Shown piece by piece: positions 12,646 to 24,523 of a DNA stretch of 64,000 bases. Numbering within the stretch: the first letter of the stretch is position 1; each line of letters begins with the position of its first letter. A model generated the notes under the pieces. The model did no database searches and was not told the DNA's origin. It saw only the letters and a list, made by a program, of their open reading frames with translations. Where the stretch lies: assembly GCF_001194135.2 (NCBI RefSeq), contig NC_068982.1, positions 35,024,243-35,088,242 of the forward strand, written 5' to 3'. The stretch is from Octopus bimaculoides. Lineage: Eukaryota. The translations under genes and the position numbers were made by a program.

Positions 12646-12679
12646 AGAGGATAAATGAATATTATCACTTAGAGAGCGA

Positions 12680-12875
12680 AGGCGTAAGCGCCTCAAAGTT
12701 CTGAGTGGAATTTCTTCCAGCTTTACGTTCTGTGTTCAAATTCCGTTGAGGTCGATTTTGCCTTTAATCTTTTCGATAAAATAAGAAGCAGTTGAGCACT
12801 GAGATCAGTGTAATCGACTTACCATTGCCCCTCAAAATTGCTGGCCTTGTGCTAAAACTTGAAACCATTATTACT
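12680..12875 (+). mobile_element. Family A SINE
   Basis: ttacgttctgtgttcaaattccgttgaggtcgattttgcctttaatcttttcgataaaataag..gagcactg..gtaatcgactt..gctggccttgtgc. Confidence 0.75.
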
Positions 12876-13129
12876 TAGAGTGTGAGTAATGTACATCCAA
12901 GGGCGACGTTTTCGCTTACACTACAAGTGACAAAATAATGCTAACCTTGTTTTACATTCGCATAATAATGTGTAAAAAGGGTGAGTATATTATTGATGAT
13001 GTTATTGACTAGCTCCAGGTCAGTCTAAGACTAAACAGAACTATGGTCAGATACGTTCCACTCATAACCATCACATTTTTCTCTCGGATGTTACAAATCT
13101 AGCACATTATTCAATATATTCTTTCCAAT

Positions 13130-13323
13130 TAAAGGCGAGTTGTCAGAGTTGTTAGCACGTCGGCCAAAATGCTTAGTGGCATTTCGTCCATCTCTACATT
13201 CTGAGTTCAAATTTCGCCAAGGTCGACTTTGCTTTTCATCCTTTTGAAGTCGATAAAACAAGTACCAATTAAATCGACTTTTACTCTCCCTTGAAATTGC
13301 TGGCCTTGTGCCAAAATTTGAAA
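13130..13323 (+). mobile_element. Family A SINE, full head
   Basis: aaggcgagttgtcagagttgttagcacg..ttctgagttcaaatttcgccaaggtcgactttgcttttcatcc..gctggccttgtgccaaaatttgaaa. Confidence 0.85.
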
Positions 13324-13611
13324 GCAGTATGTTCCTCCCATTTTGAAAATTGTAAGGAAATTTGACTGCTATACTTTGAAAGTCAAACAACTATAAAGAG
13401 CTGCTTATTCCAGTCATTTTACTCTTAGGAAAGTTTTGAAAGACATCCTGTATCTCAGCGGACTCCTACACAGATAATGTATTTCTGTTAATTATTTTCT
13501 TTCTTTTTTTACTGTTAAACTTAAATATTTCAAGCAATTAAACAAATCATACAAGTGAGTGTTTGAATGGATTAGCAAAGCTAAATCCATCACACTCTAC
13601 AAATAAGAATT

Positions 13612-13853
13612 TAACGATTCTTGTTTCTTTATTGCCCACAAGGAGCTAAACATAGAGGGGACAAACAAGGACAGACAAAGGGATTAAGTCGATTACATCG
13701 ACCCCAGTGCGTAACTGGTACTTAATTTATCGACCCCCGAAAGGATGAAAGGCAAAGTCGACCTCGTCCGAATTTGAACTCAGAACGTAACGGCAGACGG
13801 AATACCGCTAAGCATTTCGCCCGGCGTGCTAACGATTCTGCTTGACCACCGGC
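13612..13853 (-). mobile_element. Family A SINE, low divergence, with alternative 3' tail
   Basis: Core near consensus (gaccccagtgcgtaactggtacttaatttatcgacccc.gaaaggatgaaaggcaaagtcgacctcg..). Tail ttctttattgcccacaaggagctaaacatagaggggacaaacaagg is not seen in the other copies. Confidence 0.9.
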
Positions 13854-13861
13854 TTAGGCAT

Positions 13862-14085
13862 GTATGTATAATCTTTTCTATGATAAGCACAAGGCCTGAA
13901 ATGTTGGCGGAGGGGCTAGTCGATTGCAAAGACCTCAGTACTCAACTGGTACTCATTTCAACGACTCTGAAAGGAGGAAACGTAAAGTAGACCCCAGCAG
14001 AATTTCAGCTCAGAACAAAGAACGGATGAAATGTCGTTAAATATTTTATCCGATGCGCTAACGATTCTACTTGCTCACCGGCTTA
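13862..14085 (-). mobile_element. Family A SINE, diverged
   Basis: gcacaaggcctgaaat..ctcaactggtactcattt..gaatttcagctcagaac..ctaacgattctac. Confidence 0.75.
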
Positions 14086-14539
14086 GCCATGCGTGAATAA
14101 TAATAAATTTACGAATATAGAATTAAACACAAAGACTACAAAAATTGAAATTTTCTCATAATTAGCCTCTTTATCGTTATTTTCCAGGAAACCATTAGTG
14201 GTCTCTTGTAGAATTCTTGGGTCCTGAAGAATTATACTTCGGAAACGCTAACATAAAGAATCTAGAGTTTTAGATGAATTTTGTTGTTTGTCTTAGTGTT
14301 TATCCTGCTTTAGTACAGGTCAACTCGTTTTTTTTTGTTTTGTTTTTTTTGTATTGATTTGAACGGAATGTTTATCCAATCAACGTTTATCTCCGGTACA
14401 CTCCTATCATCGTTCGCCGGTCTTAAAGACTCCATTTTTCGCTACTGCAAGGTCGGAGATAGAACACTATATTTGAAATCAGAATGAGAAGAACTAGCAC
14501 TGATACCGCAATGAGTTTCGTTTCCTCTTTTGACAATCC

Positions 14540-14795
14540 TGCCAAAAGCGGGACAGGTATATTATTTATTGAAAAATATATATTAGCGACAAAGACAGTA
14601 TTAATAGCGAGGGGTAATATCTATCCTCACTTAAACTCGGATGTTCTGTTAGAACAGCCTATACTGTGGTAGATACGATGAGAGAAACTCTCATATTGAC
14701 TTTTGGGGCAAAATACACTCTTGTTTATAACGCTTGTGGTGAGATAAATGTTTGCCACCGGCAGCACCGAGACCATCTGATCACGTGATTTCGAC
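14540..14795 (+). repeat. Unclassified dispersed repeat, copy 1 (inverted copy at 26945-27200)
   Basis: gatgttctgttagaacag..tactgtggtagatacgatgagagaaactctcatattg..cagcaccga..atcacgtgatttcga aligns by eye to the reverse complement of 26945-27200. Confidence 0.75.
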
Positions 14796-15217
14796 TTTCC
14801 TTGGTCTTGTCAATGATGGACATATTTATTGATTTTAAAGGAACAAATGCAAAGTTGAACCCTCGGTGTGATTTGAACACAAAGAGCTTTAATAGATATC
14901 GCAGAACATTCTATCAGACACTAACAATTCTACCAATCCACACACAACTTTTACGACTACGTTGCTTTAGGAGGGATATAATTGATTACAACGATCTTGT
15001 TACTCTTAAGTCAACCATGCGAGAGAAGTGGATGCCGAAATCAACTCCAGCAGTATTTGAGTTTGGAACATAGGAAAACGCAACCGAAAATTGAAATTCA
15101 TTAGTCTACTGTTTCATAATACCGTTACATTGTTTCTGCAATATCATGCTTGGTATTTAGTTCCGCTGTTTCTGTGAAATCAACTCCCGAAGAAATGCTA
15201 CAAATAAAGAAAACTGA

Positions 15218-15288
<71 letters not shown>

Positions 15289-15394
15289 GAGAAGAGGACA
15301 GGGAGAAAGGATGTAGTAGTTGTTGTTGTTTATGCCCAGTTTGGGCCTTTGTTAAAGACGTACGATGAGAAGAGAGAGAGAGAGATGGAATGTA

Positions 15395-16258
15395 CAGAGT
15401 GCGATGGGTAAATTATCATCATTTTATATTTTAATTTCGAGCATGTACATTGTTTGCTTTTGATTTTGTCGACTACACTGTATAGTAGGGTCCGTTGGGC
15501 ACCGTCTATGAGAAAAACAGTACCATGACGCAATTCACTCTGTCAGAAATTTGGAAACGACATTGTGTACTGCTTGGTATTTGCGCCGGACAATTCGAAC
15601 AAATGGTGAACACACAAGACAGCCGTTAGCTTGCCGTATCCCCAAAACATGTACTGAGAGTGATAAAAATCAAACAACCTATCAACTTCATGGTGTTTGG
15701 AGTGATCACTAGTGATGGTGACGTTATGCCTCCATTCATCTTCTCACACAACCTCAGTCTCAACACAGAGGCCAACATCAAGTGCCTGGAAGAGGTAGTG
15801 CTGCCCTAGGTCAAGAGAGTGGCTGCTGGAAGACTTGTCTGGCAACAAGACTCTGCACCATTCTACACAAGCAGGAGGACCTAGTCATGGCTGTCAGACA
15901 ATTTCTGCGACTACATCACCCCTAACATCTGGCCACCTAACTCCCCAGACTGCAACCCCCTTGGTTATTGTGAGCGGAGCGCAGTTGAGTGAGAGACCTT
16001 GTAACACCAAAGATGAACTGAAGGCAAGGATTATGGCAGCGTTCACCAACTTAAAGCAACCGTCCAGAAGAGTTGCAGGAGATTCCAAAGTCGCCGGAAG
16101 CCGTGGTTGAAGCCAATGACGATTTTATTCAATAAAGTTACTCTTTAGTATTTCAAGATATTTTTTTGTAATTTTGATAAATATATCTGTTAAAATGAGA
16201 TGTCAGTGTTATTTTCATTTTTGCGTAATTTAGACGACAATATATTCACTGCACTCTG
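15395..16258 (+). mobile_element. Internally deleted Tc1/mariner element, DD37D (maT)-like
   Basis: Imperfect TIRs CAGAGTGCGATGGGTAAATTATCATC and (rc) CAGAGTGCAGTGAATATATTGTCGTC with TA on both sides. ATG at 15525 (MTQFTLSEIWKRH..) jumps to NTQDSR..MVFGVITSDG..WQQDSAP..WPPNSPDCNPL(G)Y. There are 37 residues between the second D and the third catalytic position, now G. In-frame stops. Confidence 0.88.
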
Positions 16259-16309
16259 TATATTTTAGGAGCAAAAGATTCTAATAATACAGCTATTAAG
16301 GTGAGGGCC

Positions 16310-16572
16310 GTCAGCACCTGCAAGCACAGACCTGATCCTTCTCAAGCCATACAGACTCATAAGGCTAGTTTCGCAGTTTACGTGGTGCATACATTTTCTC
16401 CTTGGACGGGATGCCGGTCCATCGCAAGATTACTCACTTTGCGGTATGTGTGGACGGGAGCAACTTGAAACGAAGTGTTTTGCTCATGAACACAACACAT
16501 CACCCGGTTCAGAAATCGAAACAACAATCTTACGATCATGATTCCAACACCCTAACCCAAAGCCATGCGCCT
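16310..16572 (-). mobile_element. SINE with family D-like head and a third type of body
   Basis: Minus strand reads gaggcgcatggctttgggttagggtgttgg..gtgttcatgagcaaaacacttcgtttcaagttgctcc..gcgatggaccggcatcccgtccaagg. Confidence 0.6.
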
Positions 16573-16754
16573 CCAGAAGCACAGACCTAAGTAAAGTTTA
16601 TTTTGTGCAAGGCTACCAGCTGCCTATGCATGCAAATTTTTCCCGCTCCATTTCATTGATTATTTCTATGAAAAACGGTAAGCAAAGATCGAGGTAGTTT
16701 GACACCAATCTCATCTTATCCGATGCTCTATCGATCCCGCCAATCTACCGCTCT

Positions 16755-16924
16755 TGACTCTTTCTTTTTTCTTTCTTACTTGGTTCTGTCATTGGACTAC
16801 GACCATGTTAGGGCACTGTCTCGAAGCATTTAGTCGAACATCTTCATACCAGTACATGTTACTTAGTCGTAAACAAACCAACTCCGGTTGTCCAGCTTTT
16901 ATGGAGAAAAACGACAAACGCAAA

Positions 16925-16975
<51 letters not shown>

Positions 16976-17130
16976 TTACAATATGGGCTTCCACAGTTTC
17001 CATCTACTAAACCCACTCACATTGTATTAGTGAGCCCGGGGCTGTAGTAGAAGAAACTTGCTTAAGGTGCCACGCAGTGGGACGAACCCGAAACCACCTG
17101 GTTGCATGAGGAGGCACTTAATCACACAAC
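16755..17130 (-). mobile_element. Family C composite SINE (tail, internal (CA)n, head), diverged
   Basis: Tail 16755-16920, (CA)n 16927-16974, head 16985-17130 (cttccacagtttccatctactaaacccactcac..gctgtagtagaagaaacttgcttaaggtgccacgcagtggga). Confidence 0.75.
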
Positions 17131-17906
17131 CATACTTTCCCCCTTATTGGACCCAGTGAAAAAAAAAAAAGATGAAACGCAAAGTTGACCTCTGCAGAAT
17201 TCGAACTCAGAGCATAGAAAGTCGGTAGAAGGAATTCTATTCAACACGTTAACGCTGCTAAATAATAATCGATATTGGTCATAGTTTCTAAATCAAAAAC
17301 ATAGGCGATTTATTGTTCTATAAAATAGTTTTGACAAAATATATAACCGTGGAAATGTATTGTTGAAGTGATACGAAGGAGGTGCTAATGATTTGCTATC
17401 GAAACTTCATACTAGTATAAAGAAACCATTGCTCATAACTATGATACGTACGTCATTTGATAACTGAAGTTCTGGTGAAATGTTTAGTTTCATTACACAC
17501 ACACACACACACACAAGAGCGTGCGTATGTTTATGTGAGAGAGTGTGAGTAAGTAAAGGATGTGTACGAAAATATTACTATGTGGCAGTGCAGTAATTAT
17601 TTCCGATTAGATTTGCACGGAAAGGAAGAAGAAATACAATAATAAAAAGCAAGAGATGAACAAATTTACTGTTTGGTAGAAAAATGGAGAAAGACGGTGG
17701 GTGAATGAGATGCAAGTTTATTTATTGCATATAGAACTGAAATCAAAGAATTCGTATGGAAACAATTGTAGTTAAAGATTCAGTAACATATTGAATTCTT
17801 GTACAAAATGAAGCGTAATATGTAAGAGAAGGTGAAAAGCCATGAGTAATCTAGATCGACCATTGATACATATTGTTAAAGAATATATACATACATGTAT
17901 GTAAAC

Positions 17907-17952
<46 letters not shown>

Positions 17953-18954
17953 ATATATATGTATATAACACGAAAAGACGTTTCAGTGCGCTCTTTGATT
18001 TCAGTCCTAATGATTCACCACCATTTTAAGTTTATTTATCAGTTGTGTTTCAATGCAGGCAGAGAAAGATAACCACTGACGAATTATTCAACTGAAAATT
18101 GAACATTTTTGCTTGTTTTATCCCGTGAATGTACCAGTTAATGACGGAGAAAGATAAAATGTTGTAAAAATAAATTAGTATTCGTTTCATGTACATACGA
18201 TTATTGTACTCAGAAAAATGTTGTGGCTTTTTGTACTCGATGATGACGATGATGACTCGAGTGATGTTGACGGTAAGGGTGAGGATAATGATTGTTATTG
18301 TTGTTACTAATATTTCTGTTTTAGACACCGTTATCATTCTGTTAGAAATCATCAATAATAATTATTTATGAAACGAAATAAATAATGTATCATCGTTATG
18401 TTGGTAATAATGTCAGGTGGCAGAGACGATGACAGCGGTAGGTAGAGCTGGTTGAACCGATGCTTGCAGAAAATAGTTGTTGTCCTCCTCTATGTACCGG
18501 TTTCTTGGACTACATTATCCAAAGTGATCTTCATTCTTATTTTTAATACAGGAGACTATCATATGAAAGAAATTTCGTTGCTATTTGGAGAAGGTCGCGT
18601 AACAATGTGAAAGCAATCCCTTGTTCGTTTGGAAGAAATGTTGATGTAGTAAAAGACAAAGTTTGTGCAAATGGCTGGGGTAATCGACTACATCCTTTTG
18701 TATCTACCTATCTATTTATCTGTCTGTCTATCTATCTATCTATCAACACATACACACACACACACACGTATGTAGAGAGAGTTGTTCTGAATTTCGGATT
18801 TTTTCGGATCCCAGAACAAAAGTCAGCTGCCCCAGATTGTAAACTAGACATCAAAATGGACGTCCTAGGACTGTAGCAAAAGTATATGAATACGTACTCA
18901 CAATCAGTGGGAGAAATAAAGATTACGAATATTACTACAGTTTATTTATAGAGT

Positions 18955-19130
18955 ATACTAGCAAACGCACCCGTCCTTTGGACGATGTAATTTATATATA
19001 TAAAATTCTTTGTCTGTTTGTCTGCTCCTTATGCATTCTCAAACGGTTCGAGCAAATCAAACCAAATTTCACAAGGTAATAGTATCAGACCAGTGATTGT
19101 CAACATGTAATTTTTTATTTTCCATTTGGA
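18955..19130 (+). mobile_element. Helitron/HINE-like non-autonomous fragment
   Basis: actagcaaacgcacccgtcctttggacg followed by tatatatataaaa..tttgtctgtttgtctg..aaacggttcgagcaaatcaaaccaaatttc, the layout typical of invertebrate non-autonomous Helitron termini (recognition from memory). Confidence 0.4.
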
Positions 19131-20564
19131 TTAAAACGATATAACAGTGGTACTGGTTCGGTATTACTTGTCAAAAGTGTTCTATTATTCTATTCTAAAG
19201 ACATGCAACATATAGAAACTGGCTTATCCAAGGATATTGAAGTAGGAGTATTAAAGATCAGATATATCAAATTAAACAGAATATCTTGAGTTACATGTAA
19301 ATAGTGTTACTTTTGAGAAATGGGGAAGAAATTAAAAAGAAACAGGTTTGGTATGAGATAAATTAATAAACCAATAATTAAACTCTTTATATCAACATGA
19401 TTGTCACACTGATAGTTCACAGAAAAGTATGTTGTTTTCCTCCTTATTAAGGCTGCTTGTAGACGAAAAGGGAACATTCGAGCTTCTAGAAATAGTAAAC
19501 AAATATTTGCGAAATTGTTCCCTACCTTAAATAGAACGGAAAATATTGAATAATGTATTCTTAGATATTCAGTACTCAAAAAAAAAGGACCGAGTTGTCA
19601 TGGCTAGAAAGTCTATGATCACAGATTTACACAGACTGGGCTACTTGAAGGCAACTAAATAACACCGACTCACTTGAGCAGTAGTCCTTTCCGGAATTCT
19701 CACTCTTTAAAAGATAAATATAAATATAAAACGAATACATCTGTGACTGCTTACACTTCTTTGACCTGTCCCGGTTCCCGGTATCTCTTACTGACTTCGC
19801 CTCGGCTATTCCCTGAAGATCTGTTTTCATATGTTCCAATAATAAGCAACATATCTCCGACAACTCACTTCCAATCAAATCTCCATTACTTACATTAGCA
19901 TGACTTGATCTACTTACTTAACCAGACTTCCTAGTTCTCGGTTTTGTTTTTCCAGGTCAGCCTTAGATTTGGCGTAAACGTATCTTCACCCACAGTAAAA
20001 CCACTAAACTTTTTAAAGCGTTAGGTGTTCTGGATTGTTCTAATATTGTTTTTCTTTTATTATTATTTGGTTTCTTCCTCTTCTTTAAATCCAAAATAAA
20101 CAAAGACCACAGACATTTCCATTCCATCTAATTCAAACGGATAAACAGAATTTATAGACAGAACATTTCTCATGAGTTTCTCTCATCTTTTAAAATCAAT
20201 TTTACATCTGCATGTGACATTTGAAGGAAAACAATAACTGTTGTTTGCTAAATATTTTAATGTGAATGCATTTAGTTATTAAAGTTAGCAATTTGAAATT
20301 GTCGGCAAGGCAGCAGATTTCCTCAAATCATAAATAACATCTTAACGGTGTTACAAAGTGAAGTAAAGTAGTATCGGAATGTATTCTAAACAATTTACTC
20401 TTCTTTTGCATTTTAGAAAGGGAAACTGGAATAAAATACTTTTTCGACTTTGTTTCTTCTTCAGTATTTTCTTTCTTTTATCTTTGTAGTATTTTCGATT
20501 CAAATTTTTCTAACACCGCAAATGTTACATTTAGTGCAGATTAAATTAATTTCAAACTTTATGT

Positions 20565-20745
20565 GTTCTTCCGGTTCTGTATGTTATAAGTTCAAATCAC
20601 GTCGAGGTCGACTTTGTTTTTCAGCTTTTCGGTGTCGATAAAATTAAGTACCATTCAAGTACTAGGCTCTATAAAATTGACTAAAACCCTCCCGCTAAAA
20701 GAAAAAAATTGCTGACCTTGTGACAAAATTTGAAACTATTATTAC
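20565..20745 (+). mobile_element. Family A SINE, 5'-degraded
   Basis: aagttcaaatcacgtcgaggtcgactttgtttttcagcttttcggtgtcgataaaattaagtacca..gctgaccttgtgacaaaatttgaaac. Confidence 0.75.
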
Positions 20746-21996
20746 TATTATTATGACACCCTCATTTCCGACACCTTCATTCTTGTCATTCAGACAATAC
20801 AGCCGGTTGGACGTCAGCGCTTGCATAATATGGGTGGGGGTTAGTGGTATGTATGAGGGATGACGTTTACGTGGAGGTTTTATAAGATGATAAAGAGGAG
20901 TTGAACTGACTAGCCCGAAAGACATTCAGATGCTGGACAATGGACAACTTCTGAAAATTCTTGACATTGCGGTGAGACCAAAGGCTACAGCGAGTTTCGG
21001 GATGAAATCAATAAAGTAACGAGTACAGTAATTCCGCCAACCGAACCCACCACCAACGAAATATGTGCAGAGTAACAAAATGTATTTCGAGTTCTCATTC
21101 ATTGTCTGAACATTGCTGATACATGGAGTTATTTCAAACAGTCATTGCTGTGTATAGGACGGATTCGACTACGAATCAACACCATTCTGTTATGAAATGA
21201 TGAAAAACAATAACTGCTGTTTGTTAATATTTTAATGTAAATGTATTTAGTTATTAAAATTAGCAATTTGAAATTGTCAGCAAATTGTTGTTCTGCTGGA
21301 ATTAAATTACTAGTTATAAAGTTACACATCCTGCAACCTTAGATATTTGAAACATTTCCAAAAGTTATTGCTGCGCCAAGCAAAAAATTTTTCTGAGAAA
21401 TCAAGAAAATCATCTCGATATCCAACATTTTGAAACAACCGTTCAAATTTCTTACAATTGCTTCTAAGATTTCCGTTATAATTGGGATAATAATAACTTT
21501 AAGGCAAGTCTAGATACTTTGTATTTTAGGTCCTGGTACTTTCTATTTATCATGTATCAAACCGGTAAGCAATATTAATTAAGCAATATCTGAAATAATG
21601 ATGTTGAAGTACTTCCAATATTTAGTATTCAAAATAAAAGAAATGTACTGTTCCATTCCATATCGTTGAATAGCAAAGCAGTAATAATTATCATACAGCA
21701 CTCCAGTGAAATGTAAGGTAGTTCAATATTTATATGCTTTTTGATAACACTTTACAAAAATAATATATATATATATATATACAGATATGAAAATATTTTT
21801 TCTCAAATGCATAATAATAATAATAATACTGAATAGCATAAATAGGATAGAACATCTTTATATTACAATATAAGGATTTTCTATCCTAGTTATGCTATTC
21901 AGCACCATTGTTATGCGTTTGAGAATAAATTATTTCCATATCTGTATATTTCAATACATCTCATCTCTTCTAAAAGAGCAAACTTTGTTCGTTTAC

Positions 21997-22092
<96 letters not shown>

Positions 22093-22949
22093 GTATGTGT
22101 GTGTGCGTACGTGTGTGTGTGTGTGTGTGTGTATAAGTTTCGAATGGAAAGACGTTGCCCTTTCACAGGGATGTATTTTATCCAAGCGTACACCGGTTTC
22201 GCTCCATATCGATCAATATGCTTGGAATTCATTAATTTGTGTTAGAATTAGTATTACAAAAATGCATTAAATACTACAAAACGTACACGTACGACAGATA
22301 CAGAAGGGTCCTAATCCTTCTTCAGTTATCGAGCAAAAATATTGATACCCAGTTTCGTGCTTTAACGATAAGACTGGAAACTTCGTATATAGGCGGCACA
22401 CACAAGATTTGGGTAGAATTAGGGTTCGCTTTCTCCCTTCCTTCCCCTGTTCTCTCTCTCTCACTCATTCTGCCATCTTCCTCTCTCTCATCCTCCTTCC
22501 CTTCTATCTGCTACGCGCACGTGACCCGTGACTGATTTTCTATTGTCTGCCTTTTCACCTCCTCTTAAATTATGAAGCAAAAATAGATTATCAACCGAAA
22601 ATTATAAATGATATAAACGCTTGAGAGATTATACAAATTCTACAATATATGCTGTTTAGTAGCTTTCCAGCATTCTTTGAGCTCAAGGGATCACAAGACC
22701 AACTAGAAAGGGCCAATAACGTTTCCTTAAAAACCACACAGTTTTTTGTTTAAAATAATGATGAAAACATTAGATAATGTAGTCCTGAATATATTAGATA
22801 CGAAAATAAGACAGAATGATCACATCTGGAACAACTTTGGTCATAGCTTTGCGTGATGAAGTCTGACGGAACAGCAAGAAATAATTTTCATTTTTCATTT
22901 TGGTACCCCTTAAGGGCTTATATTTAAACCTATTCTTTTATATTTAAAT

Positions 22950-24100
22950 CTAAATCTTCTATATCTAAAGTTATTCATTTTTATGTTAAAATTATTAATT
23001 TCTTTTACACCTGTAATGATGGTTTATTTGCTATGATAATTCACCTTGACTCCCGCTGCTGCTTCTTCCTGCTTTATTAACTATCTCACAAAAAAATAAT
23101 GAAATAGCATTGGTTTTAGGTAGTGAAAAAATTTTAATGGTGAAGCCGATAAAATTTAATATTGAATGACAACTATTGTAGAGATCCATGGATAGGGAGG
23201 AGATTCAGATTGTCGCATTTTTGGAGAGGATTGACTGAGCGAATTGTTTAGTACGATGATTCGGCGAGTGAAACGTAATAATGATAAGGAATAGCGGAAA
23301 GCTTAGGTGGAACTAGTACTGAGGGACAGGTGCACTTGTGGGTACGGTATAAAAGACATAGGCATGTTACAACTTGTTCTTGGATTTGTGTCTGCAGTAT
23401 AGGTAAGCTCATCAATTGGATACTATTTTAGGGTCGTAATACACTCTTTTTGTCTAAAGCAGAGCAAGATTTTAGTATAGTTATATCATCAACTAATCGG
23501 AACTTAAAAGAGGATTAATGTGAAGATGCTATTTTGGCCATATTATTAATTCATCAGATTGCAAGGCCAATTACTCGTAGGTCTTATGGAGGTTTTCTTA
23601 ATGTGTATTTGTGTTTTATTAACTTGTGTATTAATGACTTGTGGTGTTGTTGAATAGGACTATGTTATTGCATCACCAGTGGAGAGTATTTGTACGATTT
23701 TCTTTTGATAGAAATAGTATGTATTCGGTATGAGACATAAGTGATACGCAGAGATGACGCCAGTGTAGGAAAGCTAAATGAAGAAGTGTTATATAATATT
23801 TGCATAGTAGTGTGTCGTTATAAAAGATCATTGATATCCAGGATGAAGAATGTGGGAAACATAACTAAATCCTTGAGAGGGGATTCTGTTTGGCACATTG
23901 ATGGAGTAGTTTGACAAAAAAAAAAATTCCAATCATTAACTGACAGATGGGTGGAGCTCGCAGGCGGTAACTTCGTCAGTAAGGTTTTCTAGCAAGAATT
24001 TATTGCTGTCAAGTTGTGATGAATCGCTATAAAAGCCCCTAATTTACAACAGTTTATGATAATTTCTGGTATGTTAAATGTTGAAACCTAACAGGATCAA
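22950..24100 (-). mobile_element. Highly decayed CR1/Jockey-group LINE RT region
   Basis: Minus-strand motif remnants in expected order across frames: KAFIAIHH (KAFD), RIPSQG..PTFFILDINDLL (GVPQGSVLSPTLFLLFINDL), HYYAN (YADD), W*CNNIVLFNNT (WGxxNLVxFN), CLCLLYRTHKCTCPSVLVPP, RTKQFAQSIL. Confidence 0.6.
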
Positions 24101-24478
24101 ACTGTATTATAATTCTTTGATTCATTCCGTAATTCCTTTGAACATTAACCAGTCAACCCAGGATGCACTATGCAGCAAATGAGATCAATCAATTTTATTA
24201 TATCTTGCCACGCAAACATATTTTAGTCTTGCTGAATAAAAAGTTTGTCTTTGGATAACTTAGAGGACAAACGATCTACAGCAATAGTTAAGCTATTTGT
24301 GACGCAGTTATTATCTCTTAAGCCATTTCAGCCGCTGAATTTTCAGATTATCTTGTTTTTGCGTAAATAAAAAAATATTGTGACATAATGGCATTTTTTA
24401 GCCTCAACGATACACTGTCTGAGTCCGATTAGTATTTCTAGGGGAGGTCATCGCTCCCATCTCTAGCCTTACGTAATA

Positions 24479-24523
24479 CACACAGACCCGGGTTTCTGGG
24501 TAGTTACCCGTCTTCAGTGTGTG
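24479..24523 (-). ncRNA. Type I hammerhead ribozyme motif, minimal, palindromic stem III
   Basis: Minus strand: CACACA-CUGAAGA-C-GGGUA-AC-UACCC-A-GAAA-CCCGGG-UC-UGUGUG. Stem I 6/6 bp; palindromic ACCCGGGU; GUC cleavage triplet; C-A mismatch at 10.1-11.1. Confidence 0.72.

Noticed and set aside
18076-18110. CTGACGA..GAAA as a hammerhead
   Set aside because: Stem II is very weak and stem I does not form next to the core.
20930-20975. Plus-strand candidate exon MLDNGQLLKILDIA with GCG|GTGAGA donor
   Set aside because: Acceptor lacks a pyrimidine tract; no recognisable protein or partner exon.
22285-22332. Minus-strand GATAACTGAAGA identical to the start of the 28.6-kb hammerhead
   Set aside because: No GAAA follows; only a GAAGG/CCTTC hairpin.
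22880-24150. Possible mitochondrial insertion (AT-rich, coding-like texture)
   Set aside because: No mitochondrial gene motif recognised; LINE RT remnants explain it better.
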